Assembly: GCA_002633005.1 (NCBI GenBank)
Contig: NMRA01000610.1
Span: 147,533 to 211,532, forward strand
Source: Phoronis australis
Taxonomy: Eukaryota; Animalia; Phoronida
Direction: 5' to 3'
DNA: 64,000 nt
Shown: in pieces, positions 12,322 through 23,901 of the stretch
Layout: each line of letters opens with the position of its first letter
How positions within the stretch are numbered: position 1 is the stretch's first letter
Notes under the pieces: model-generated
What the model saw: only the letters and a program-made list of their open reading frames with translations
Told to the model about the DNA's origin: nothing
Databases searched by the model: none
Made by a program: the position numbers and the translations under genes

Positions 12322-13221
12322 TTGGTTTAAGTCAAAGTTAGTGTCCTTGACGAATCAAGGGTGTTGTAAGGTGGGGGACCGCAATTTTGGAGGAAAGTGT
12401 GTCCGTGTTTAGAGCTTCTAACACTGCCCATTAACATAATGTGGTGGATAGCAGTGGTGGATTTATAGGGGGGCATGCCCCCCCCCCTAGATTTCTCTAA
12501 TTTGGGAGTACGGGGTGCGAATTACTGAGTAGCATGTGCGCGCGCACCCTGGGGGTTCGGGGGTCGAATGCACAATGCCTGCACAGACCTTGAATAACCC
12601 CGTTTACCGATTTTTTTAGTAATAAGGTCCACAAACCTAAAACTTTGAGACCCCTACGTCCCTAAATTTTAGGCTAGGCGCGTGTGCGTGTGGCGAAATT
12701 CTGCATGTATTTTGAAAGTTTGTCGTGAATAATACGCTTACACGAAAGTCACGCATTTCTAAAGATCAGTGTGACTTTTCACCGCTCTCCTTCTGGGTGG
12801 CTTTTACCAGCATCAAAGAGATCGCGGCGCCGCAGTCGGACTCAGTTGTGATGACAGCATTGTCCGGTGCGAGCAAGACCCGGAAAGTAAGTATAATTAC
12901 CCGACCACCAAGTTTGGTTTTCGACTTTTAAAAATCGATGAACTATTAAGCTAAAAACTATGAACATTGGGAACAATTGAAGATAAATGACTGTGCGTAT
13001 TGATATACTCGGTACGCTGATCACGTGCATAATTCTATTAATATACATGTATAACTAAACTACATTGAAACATCTATAAACAGCACACAGTGACTAAATA
13101 TGTCAATAACTTTTAAAACAACGCTTATGACCCAGTGCGCGCCAAACTACTTGACGCGATTAGTAGTACACTAACCGGAAAACTGATGTTCTCGGAAATG
13201 CGAAATTTCGATAGTCAGCTT

Positions 13222-13541
13222 CATAGGCGGATATAGGGTGAGGGGACAGGGGACTCGCCTCCCCATGACTGCCGCAAAAATATGTAAGCAATAGCGTGAG
13301 GAAATATTGAGTTCACTTGTTAAGCCCGTTTATTAACATGCGGCTGAGGGGTGCTCAGACGCCGTTGCAAGTGTCAGCCAACCTGCGCAACTGTTTTCCG
13401 TTTCTTTTGTCCTCCGTTTGTTTTTTAGTGCCGGCACAGAAATTAGATTCCCCCTATCTTTCAGTCTGGGTGAACGCATTCATGCTTTCCGCAGACAAAA
13501 TGTTGCTCCCCGTCCCTTACGATATCCTAGATCCGCCACTG
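13222..13541. mobile_element. MITE with CAGTGGCGGATCTAG-type TIRs and 5-bp TSD AGCTT (hAT5-like, tentative); second copy at ~16920-17238
   Basis: Left TIR cataggcggatatagg, right TIR cctagatccgccactg, flanked by agctt at 13217-13221 and 13542-13546. Confidence 0.75.
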
Positions 13542-14568
13542 AGCTTGTAGTTGTAGTGGAACACGTGTGAAGACAAACGATTTCTAGCTTTGTAATCAAC
13601 GAGAGAGTGCAAGCAGTGGATGAGGCTGATCGGTGGGCAATAGCTCCGACAGTAAGTTAAATAAAACAAGGTTTGCTAGCGTTTATTGACGAACACTGAG
13701 GTCGAATCGACAAAAACCGGAAAACGAGACGGGAAAAAACCTTAACGAACACAATGGCGCTGTGATTTCATTTTTTTATGACTGAGGAAAAGCTAGAATA
13801 GTTATGTAGTTACGGCAACCAAAATTGTCCAGAGGTTCCAAATATTCAGCTTGGCTATCATCGTATTTGCACTTTTGGATATATATTGTACTTGAACTAA
13901 TAACACGTATAGTTTTGTTTGCTGTGACATGTTTGGTGTAGCTGTAACCTGGAAAATTGACGGATGGGTTCACAATTAACTGACTTCTAAGTTGTTTTGA
14001 TACTTCCTTTACAAACAAAATAAAAAGATAGCAACCCTAACCAGAAGGAAAAAACTATTAGACAGGAGTATTAAAAATGAAGTAATGAAAACAGGTATGA
14101 AACATATTTAAAACCAACGAGCCTTTGGGAAGTAGTCCTTTGTCAAGACCAACGCAAATTAACTTTTAGTCTTTTTGAAATATTTAAAATGTATCAAGTT
14201 AAAACTACTCTCCACATTGCAGGCTTCAACTCTGTGCAAATGCCAGAGAAAACCAATTTGGGTGTAATAACAACTACCATCATTTAAGAAAGTAGTGCTA
14301 TATCTTCCACTTCATTCATGTAGCTCAGCGCATCAATGCAAAGGGCGTGCTGAATAGGCATCATAAAAGTTGTGTGGAGCTTAGGGAATCAGATCTGTGA
14401 GTTCCTACATCTAAGTCACATGACTTGTCGCATGACTGTAAAATCCGCACATGCGCAAATAACGTTCACCTTCAGGCTCCAAAAATATCAGAGGTGTTCC
14501 GAGTGGCTACGAACTTTTTAAGCATGATTTTTGAAAGTTTGGTAGAAATCTTTTAATTCTGCAGAAGG

Positions 14569-14818
14569 CAGAGGTGGGTCTACAGGGAGGTTCAGGGGAT
14601 TAAAATCCCCCCTCGGGACAGGTTCGAAAATAAAAAAATAAAATTGAAAAAAATTTCACCAGAAAAACGAAATCAGGTACTAAACCCCGCAACAAATCTT
14701 ACACGGGAAGGGGGAAATCCCTTCCCTACCTTACTTCCGCTCGGCGCTAGATGCGCCTCGGATTCGTTCGAATCCTAACCCCCCCCCCCTCCTTACTGAA
14801 AACGTAGATCTGCCACTG
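14569..14818. mobile_element. MITE with the same TIR type and 5-bp TSD GAAGG; other copy at 18292-18530
   Basis: cagaggtgggtctac (cagaggcggatcttc in copy 2) pairs with cgtagatctgccactg. gaagg lies left of copy 1 (14564-14568) and right of copy 2 (18531-18535). Confidence 0.7.
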
Positions 14819-15263
14819 NNNNNNNNNNNNNNNNNNNNNNNNNNNNNNNNNNNNNNNNNNNNNNNNNNNNNNNNNNNNNNNNNNNNNNNNNNNNNNNNNN
14901 NNNNNNNNNNNNNNNNNNNNNNNNNNNNNNNNNNNNNNNNNNNNNNNNNNNNNNNNNNNNNNNNNNNNNNNNNNNNNNNNNNNNNNNNNNNNNNNNNNNN
15001 NNNNNNNNNNNNNNNNNNNNNNNNNNNNNNNNNNNNNNNNNNNNNNNNNNNNNNNNNNNNNNNNNNNNNNNNNNNNNNNNNNNNNNNNNNNNNNNNNNNN
15101 NNNNNNNNNNNNNNNNNNNNNNNNNNNNNNNNNNNNNNNNNNNNNNNNNNNNNNNNNNNNNNNNNNNNNNNNNNNNNNNNNNNNNNNNNNNNNNNNNNNN
15201 NNNNNNNNNNNNNNNNNNNNNNNNNNNNNNNNNNNNNNNNNNNNNNNNNNNNNNNNNNNNNNN
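14819..15263. other. Assembly gap (445 N)
   Basis: Run of N. Confidence 1.
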
Positions 15264-15628
15264 TGTGAACATTCTCTGCAGAAATATTTGCGGCATTGAA
15301 TACAAATGAATGAAGCTTGCATGTCACGACCGCTAGCTTTGCAGATGTCGCAACAGATACCATCATTTTTCATTAAAATTTCACCAATGTTAGCAACAAA
15401 AAAATTTAATTTGAACCCTGTCGGACCTTCGACTGGAATGGGATAATGGGCATTACAGAGGGGACAGGGAAACACGCCATGTTCTCCCTTTTCCGACATG
15501 TGTCGCCTCAAGCATTCCTCACAGTACGAGTGTAGACATGGCAAAGCCCTTGGATCGGTCGTCTGCTCCAAGCAGATGCAACATTCCAAGGACCGACGTA
15601 ATTGTTCCAGCTGCTCGTTTGACGCCAT
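15264..15628 (-). CDS. Second copy or allele of the TRIM-NHL gene; RING and B-box1 only, truncated by the gap
   Basis: MASNEQLEQLRRSLECCICLEQ...CRECS has 13 substitutions relative to 10075-10439 and the same acceptor before the ATG. Confidence 0.8.
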
Positions 15629-18530
15629 CTGCAAAAGGAAAGTACAGATGTTATAAAGATGACAAACAGTGTTATGTAGGACTAACAGGGTGCAGTGTTG
15701 CTAAGTTTTTAGTGAACGTTACACTTACTGGCGCGAACAATCACAAGCGAGAACAATGAGTAGTTATGATCTCGCCTTCCGTCAAAAAACAACTTCCTAT
15801 TAATACGGCTCCCCATTATGCAGTTGGTTTCAATCTCTTCTTAAGTTTTATTGGAGATGATTATTCCGCTCATTGGAAAAATGAAAGTTCATAAATATTT
15901 GAGACCATGCAGACTCTATAAGTAATATGATCTCGTTTTTTTTCCAATTAGCCAGATGTCACGTCGCATACGAGTTGGGAGAAAGTTGAGAGTAGTTTTC
16001 TAGCGGCATTTGGTTTAAGACAAAGTTAGTGTGCTTGACGAATCAAGGGTGTTGTACGGTGGGGGACCGCAATTTTGGAAGGAAAGTGTGTCCGTGGTTC
16101 GAGCTTCTAACACTGCCCATTAACATAATGTGGTGGATAGCAGTGGTGGATTTATAGGGGGGCATGCCCCCCCCCCCCTAGATTTCTCTAATTTGGAAGT
16201 ACGGGGTGCGAATTACCGAGTAGCATGTGCGCGCGCACCCTGGGGGTTGGGGGACGAATGCACAATGTATATGCCTGCACAGACCTTGAACAACCCCGTT
16301 TACCGATTTTTTTAGTAATAAGGTCCACAAACCTAAAACTTTGAGACCTCTACGTCCCTACACTTTAGGCTAGGCGCGCACGCGCGTGCACGTGTGGCGA
16401 AATTCTGCATGTATTGTGAAAGTTTGCCGTAAATAATATGCTTACACGAAAGTCACGCAATTCTGAAGATATGCGTGACTTTTTACTACTCTCTGAGTGG
16501 CTTTTACCAGCAAGAGAGCGCGGCGCCGCAGTCGGACTCAGTTGCGATGACAGCATTGTCCGGTGCGAGCAAGACCGGAAAGTTAGTTGAATTACCCGAC
16601 CACCAAGTTTGGTTTTCGACTTTTAAAAATCGATTATTAACTATTAAGCTAAAAACTACGAACATTGGGAACGATTGAAGATAAATGACTGTGCGTATTG
16701 ATATACTCGGTACGCTGATCACATGCATAATTCTATTAATATAAATATACAACTAAACTACATTGAAACATCTATAAACAGCACACAGTGACTAAATATG
16801 TCAATAACTTTTAAAACAACGCTTATGGCCCAGTGCGTGCCAAACTACTTGACGCGATTAGTAGTACACTAACCGGAAAACTGATATTCTCGGAAATGCG
16901 AAATTTCGATAGTCAGCTTCATAGGCGGATATAGGGTGAGGGGACAGGGGACTCACCCCCCATGACTGCCGCAAAAATAAGTAAGCAATAGCGTGAGGAA
17001 ACATTGAGTTCACTTGTTAAGCCCGTTTATTAACATGCGGCTGATGGGGGCTCAGACGCCGTTGCAAGTGTCAGCCAACCTGCGCAATTGTTTTCCGTTT
17101 CTTTTGTCCTCCGTTTGTTTTTTAGTGCCGGTACGGAAATTAGATTCCCCCTATCTTTCAGTCTGGGTGAACGCATTCATGCTTTCCGCAGACAAAATGT
17201 TGCTCCCCCTCCCTTACGATATCCTAGATCCGCCACTGAGCTTGTAGTTCATGTAGTGGAACACGTGTGAAGACAAACGATTTCTAGCTTTGTAATCAAC
17301 GAGAAAGTGCAAGCAGTGGATGAGGTTAATCGGTGGGCAATAGCTGCGACAGTAAGTTAAATAAAACAAGGTTTGCTAGCGTTTATTGACGAACATTGAA
17401 GTCGAATCGACAAAAACCGGAAAACGAGACGGATCCGGGAAAAAACCTTAACGAACACAATGGCGCTGTGATTTCATTTTTTTATGACTGAGGAAAAGCT
17501 AGAATAGTTATGTAGTTACGGCAACCAAAATTGTCCAGAGGTTCCAAATATTCAGCTTGGCTATCACCGTATTTGCACTTTTGGATATATATTGTACTTG
17601 AACTAATAACACGTATAGTTTTGTTTGCTGTGACATGTTTGGTGTAGCTGTAACCTGGAAAATTGACGGATGAGTTCACAATTAACTGACTTCTAAGTTG
17701 TTTTGATACTTCCTTTACAGACAAAATAAAAAGATAGCAACCCTAACCAGAAGGAAAAAAACTATTAGACAGGAGTATTAAAAATGAAGTAATGAAAACA
17801 GGTATGAAACATATTTAAAACCAACGAGCCTTTGGGTAGTAGTCCTTTGTCAAGACCAACGCAAATTAACTTTTAGTCTTTTTGAAATATTTAAAATGTA
17901 CCAAGTTAAAACTACTCTCCACATTGCAGGCTTTAACTCTGTGCAAATGCCAGAGAAAACCAATTTGGGTGTAATAACAACCACCATCGTTTAAGAAAGT
18001 AGTGCTATATCTTCCACTTCATTCATGTAGCTCAGCGCATCAATACAAAGGGCGTGCTGAATAGGCATCATAAAAGTTGTGTGGTGCTTAGGGAATCAGA
18101 TCTGTGACCAGTGTAAGTGAGTTTCTACATCTAAGTCACATGACTTGTCGCATGACTGTAAAATCCGCACCTGCGCAAATCATAACGTTCACCTTCAGGC
18201 TTCAAAAATATCAGAGGTGTTCCGAGTGGCTACGAACTTTTTAAGCATGATTTTTGAAAGTTTGGTAGAAATCTTTTAATTCTGCAGAGGGCAGAGGCGG
18301 ATCTTCAGGGAGGTTCAGGGGATTCAAATCCCCCCTCGGGACAGGTTCGAAAATTAAAAAATGAAATTGAAAAAAATTTCACCAGAAAAACGAAATCAGG
18401 TACTAAACCCCACCACAAATCTTACACGGGAAGGGGGAAATCCCCTCCCGACCTTACTTCCGCTAGATGCGCCTCGGATTCGCTCGAATCCTAACCCCCC
18501 ACCCTTACTGAAAACGTAGATCTGCCACTG
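15264..18530. repeat. Near-identical duplicate of 10075-14818 without the LINE; probably an uncollapsed second haplotype
   Basis: Colinear high-identity match whose ends coincide exactly with the contig ends on both sides of the N gap. Confidence 0.85.
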
Positions 18531-18805
18531 GAAGGTGCATACAGAAGACAATACCACTATTTGAATGCGTGAAAATCGAGAACGGACAAAATTCAATCAA
18601 ATCACAATCCCGACGGTGTACGGCAGTAAGGCTGTTTTTGAAATCCTCTCAGCTAAATCAGAGTAGCGTCCAGGCCCCACATGAGCTTTGTACAAGGCAA
18701 AACATTTTCGAGTATGAGTGCCGTGTAATATTACATTTTCTACCAAGTGGAAAGACTCGAGGCCATCTTCACATTTAACACCTGCCGACAGCATATTTTA
18801 CTTAC

Positions 18806-18942
18806 CTGTTGACGGTTTTGCTTTACTGCAACTTACAAAGGTAGATGACACTGGAATGGCTTGTTGCTCGTGCAGTTAGCGTCACGCCCCTGGCGCGTCG
18901 ATATTTTATATGACTCACCCACTCATACTCTAAACAACCAAT
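18806..18942 (-). promoter_or_regulatory. Putative TRIM promoter and non-coding exon 1 (~18878-18806)
   Basis: On the minus strand: CCAAT box (18938-18942), AP-1 TGAGTCA (18911-18917) directly abutting TATAAAA (18904-18910), Inr-like CTAACT about 30 bp downstream, then a consensus donor CAG|GTAAGT at 18806/18805. Confidence 0.55.
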
Positions 18943-20539
18943 CATGGGAAAGAGAACCTATCCCGAGGATAGATTGCATGCTTATCAGTGTCCCAAGTTA
19001 GGCACATTGCCAAATGATTGAAGTTCATTGCGATTTCAGGTGGCAAATGTTCTCTGACCCAAACGAAGGAACTATTAGAAGAGATGGAATTTTAAAAAGT
19101 GTTTCACACGAGACGTGAGATTCTACAGAAATTAAACATATCAATTTGATCTTATCTAATTGTAATCGATGATTTTTCGAGTGAGTGACATAGATGTAAA
19201 TAACCTCAACCATCATACTCACTTTTGTAGGTGCAAAGTCTGGGGCTCATTTTTTATTCGCGCTTACTAGCATTCCCTGAAGGCCTTATCACCGACTTGG
19301 GTAACGACCGTGTCAATTCTTGGAGGTCACGCCGGACGCCAATCGGGGTTCATAATTCGCGCGGTTTCCATGACATGGACGGTGCACCATAGGGCCGGGG
19401 GACAGGGGGCTATACCCACACACATGCGTACACCCAGCCTTTAACATAGGAGGCTCGAATTTCCGACTATGTGGACATTTTACCGACAAAAAAACATGAA
19501 GGGCTAAAAAAACGGGGTACCACGTCCGGGGCTGATTGTGCGTTTGTGCTATTTAGTGGATTTTTTGTCTCTCTGAGGCGGACTATTTTGTCCACCTCGC
19601 CAAATGGAGGGGCTCCTTCGAGCCCCACCCCCCAACACTCGCCCCCCCAACACCCGCCCCCCTCCCAACACCTCACCCCCATGGGTGTGCGTATGCCCAC
19701 ATCCATAAAGTGCTGCACCACCCATGCACGAACCGAAGATTTCTTGCCTCCGCCGGCACGTGTCTCGCTTGTGTCTTGCTGCGCTACAGGAGTTTTCTCC
19801 AGACAAGGCCCATCGCAAATATACCCTCAGGCACTGGCGTACAGAGCGCCTATAGCCTCTACATCGCCTCTGGTTCGGGCCAACAGAGGCGATGGTCATT
19901 GCCTACCTTCACAGTTGATCAGAGAAACATTTCAGCGCGCGTGAGTGCTTCGGAGCTGAGAATTTTAAAAAATGGGCAGTTGATAGATGAGAAATAACCA
20001 TGACGTCAGAATAGCGTTTGCATGCAGATCTTGCTAAGTACCAAGACTACAGCCCTGGTCAGGTGCCTCGCCCCAGCCAGTCAAGCCTGTTCAAAGGGAC
20101 ATGCCCAAGTTAATAAGGGTGCATATCTCAGAATAGAAAGTAGTGCGCCTGTAATCGTTTCCACCAGATTAGGGTCATTGCATTTAACACAACGAAGTGT
20201 GAGGTAAGGCACTGTCACGTGATCGGAGTGACTAGGGAACAATTTGTAAACTTGTAACTCATAACTAATTATTCGTCGGTTGTTTTCACAATTTGACAAG
20301 TGCAAACCCCAACTCCTATAACTATCAATCCCGGCCCAGAAAACCCCCGTGACGGTGAGCAACTAGATGATCCTTTAACCAAGAAATGAAAGGTTCAATT
20401 ATGACTTCTATAAATGTTTCTGGCATAACGTCAAAAAGACTTTACTTGAAATATTTGAATATTTTAGTAGGAGAGTTACTTATGCCTCCCAGAGACAAGG
20501 AGTCGTAACGACTCTGTTGCCCAGCAAGAGTCTCCAGAT

Positions 20540-21280
20540 AATTAGCGACCAACATCATTACAAAACACTGGTTAGGAACCAATACAAATGATCTTGCAGA
20601 CTGGCTAAATAATAAAACAAGATATTATTAAATATACATGATAAAATATTTACAATCAGGGTCATATTCTATTTTTACACTTTTTCAAAGCACGCCATAC
20701 AATGGAATGGGAATTTATTGCCTCAAGTGTATTAGGAAACCAATAAAAAGGTTGGGTATATCTTTCAGTCATAATAAACAAGAAAATAATTTCTTAAAGT
20801 CTGAACACACAATAAGATCGCTTAAAAAGTCTCGCAATGTCGTCTGGGAAAAGCCCCAATATTTCTTTGCTAGCCAGATTTTCTGCAGTCAAAACTTCAC
20901 AATTGTTTAAGATAATCTATGCAAATAAATTTGGGGTGGATAGCGCAAATGGAACGAAAGTAAATACTATGGTAAGATAAACTCCCCAGCATTAAAAACA
21001 CAACTATAGTAGGTTTAATGCAAGACAATTTATTCATTATCAAGACTGTGCAAGCCAGAAAAATGGGATGAGAGTACAAACAGTTATTTAGAACAACTAC
21101 CCAGTCAAAAAAATAGTGAACAGAAGTTCATCAGATGTAACAAAATATGAAGAACTGGACTCTGTAAAGGAGCAAAACAATATCTACATAATTTACAACA
21201 ATACAATGTTTGTCTAATAAACGTGTAAAAATCTAAAGAAAATGGTCATGGAATTACATTTTTAACGATCAAGACAGAAT
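20540..21280 (+). mobile_element. Highly decayed L1/Tx1-like LINE relic
   Basis: Fragmentary peptides FKARHTMEWEFI (compare DFEKAFDxxEWxF), KPIKRLGISFS and GITFL, with many indels. Confidence 0.45.
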
Positions 21281-21880
21281 TTCCCATGACTGTTTAAAAA
21301 CTGACAGTTCTTCCACAGGAAGACAATCAGAGGTTGGAAATGTCAATCTGCAATACAGTCAACACACACATCGTCATGGTATTACAGAACATACTAACAA
21401 TACGATTTCAATACAACCCATGAAAGATGTCCGAATGTATACATATATTCATAAACTTTATAAAATAAACAAACAAGAAATAATTATTCACCATTAAATT
21501 ACCATAAACACGTGGATCCTGAACGTCCTTGACCCTGTTTAACATTATTCACATATCACAGACAGTTAAAGAACACAGCTATGTATGGAACCAACGATAA
21601 CGTTTCGTTCACGACCACTTCCACCTTATCATTCCGTTTTTTGTGTAATTTTCATAGAACAGAACCTATGACGTCGGGTCACGTGAAAATAATCCTACGT
21701 TGACACCGTAACCAGTCGAAATTGGGCCACACCACCGGTTTGCGCACCTCAAGATATTCCGGTTCAGATCAGAGACACCATGCTGTAGTTCTAAATTAAA
21801 TTTCCTCAGGTTCCAAATGTTATCATTCTCTAGATAATGAGGCCATCATGAACACATTAACAGATCTGTCAGCTTATTGA

Positions 21881-22394
21881 AGGGCCTTTCACACTAACGT
21901 CGACGCGTGGATGGTTTGGGGAGTTGCGGTCAGTATGAACGCTTAACTCCAGTCCTGGATCGCAGTTGACAGCTTCAACTGACTACACAGTTAACAAGTG
22001 GATTTAATAACGCAGCATCGACGCTGCGGTGCATTATGAACAGTTGACTTCGGTCCAATCGAAGTTATCGCCAGGTACCACTGTTATGGTCAACAGCTAC
22101 AGAGTAGTGCCGTCACTAATACATGTAGCTACTTATATTTTGCTTTATAATAATAACTAATCGATTTAAAAATAAGTGTAATGTCATTTAGCACATGTAA
22201 ACGTTCAGACACTGTCCCGTTGAAAAAATCTTAGGGTGCAGGGCTACATTACGGTAACGTCGATGACGACAGCGTCACCAGCCGATTACTTCGATGTTCA
22301 TTAACCACCGAAACCAGTATGAACGGTGGAGTGAACTGCACTGTTTACATCTACGCTCGGTTCAGACTGTAGTTAAGTCAGTATGAAAGGACCT
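21881..22394. mobile_element. PIF/Harbinger-type MITE
   Basis: TIR agggcctttcacactaac pairs with gtcagtatgaaaggacct. Flanks are tga and tta (TWA-like TSD), and cagtatgaac subterminal motifs recur internally. Confidence 0.7.
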
Positions 22395-23359
22395 TTAGTG
22401 TCAGTTGATAAGAGGGTAGATCAGACGTCTACTGGGCATTCACATGGGATTGTTTTCAGATGACGGATCAGGTGTCTGATCTCCTTTCTGGTTGGATGTC
22501 ATGTGAACGGTATATCATTCCTTTGAAAACCAAGATTTACATCAAAAATGTTTCATAGGCAACCAAATTCAGCATCTTATTTAGTGTTATTTACATACAT
22601 CAAGTGAGATAGTCAGTGAAAAATATACAAACATGATTGAATATGTTAAGCATTGGTTTCGAATGAAAAAATACAAATTTCAACAAAGTAGTCTGAGCAA
22701 AACTATACAAAAATAAACTTACAAAAGTAGCAAACAAAGATTTCTTAGAAACACAGATAAGCAAAAACTATAACATAGTTATGCACCATCCTGTTGCAGC
22801 ATTCAGAGAGTAAAAAAGAACAATTCCACTGAACACCCCCATAAATAAGATGCAAGCATATTTTGGAAGTTTAAAAATCATAGCACAATTGTGCAAATGT
22901 CCAGCTAGAAGATTCAGCTGATTCATAAAACCCCACAACACATGAAGACAGTAAATAATAGACCTGATGTTTCATGAGGTTTACTAATACACGCCTTGCC
23001 GAGTAACCGACTTAGGTGTTTTTGATAAAACCACCAGTTCTTGGAAATTGGAGTATTTATCACCAAAGACAGAAAGATTTTTGAAAAAGCATTCCCCGGT
23101 CAGGCTTTTCAGAATTCATAGGGGGTAATAAAACAATGATCTTCTCGCCAGGACCACATGGTTACACCACGTTTATTAACACAGGCCAAGTTGAGCAGTT
23201 GTACGACCGAGAGCAGGGTTCACAAGGAACTACTTTCACTGACCTTGCATATCAATTTCAAAAGGTACATTGCATGTGAACAACACACATGATTTACAAC
23301 CACCAACAAACTTCCAAACCACTATGCAGAGTAGTTACCCCAATCCAAGCCCAAATTGA

Positions 23360-23480
23360 GGTGGCAATAGACGGACATAACGTGTTTTCATTTTGTGAAC
23401 CAGTTTGATGCCAGTTATTCAGTTGAAAAAACTGGTTCTCAAAATGCAGGCATTTTATACATGTAATCAGACTGTTACCC
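23360..23480. mobile_element. Palindromic MITE-like element (GAGAACCAG family), copy in the putative dynein 3' UTR
   Basis: cattttgtgaaccag...gttattcagt...ctggttctcaaaatg inverted arms. Confidence 0.6.
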
Positions 23481-23752
23481 AAAAAGGGATGACAAGCTCC
23501 TCAATATGGCAAATACTAAGAGAATGATTCACCAGGAATATACATACATAACAATGTTGGTCTCGTACACTAATTATGCGATCCCAGTCTGAGACCAACA
23601 TGAGTTATACAGTACGAGACTGTGAACTCAGTTTTAAAACTGGCTGCTAACATGGTGTAAAATACCAAAAGTAACCCTTAAGTGTGTCACATGATTGGTC
23701 AATTTGCAAGTCAAATGCTCAGATAAAGTTCGATGGTCAAAAGTCATTGCAC

Positions 23753-23901
23753 TCAGTCATCTAGCTGACAGAGAAGGGCAACACCCCTGTTGATCCAGTG
23801 ACTCTCTAGCTTCGAGCCTCTCGGAATAAGCATGGTGAGGACATAATTTGTAGAGTGACCAGTGGTCAGTAGTGTCCCTCGTCTGGCACTTGTCTTGTAC
23901 A
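23753..23901 (-). CDS. DNAH3: DNAH3-like last coding exon
   Basis: [21 protein letters not shown]...[15 protein letters not shown]. Confidence 0.92.

Noticed and set aside
14731-15366. Long ORFs spanning the N run
   Set aside because: They are artefacts of translating N as X.
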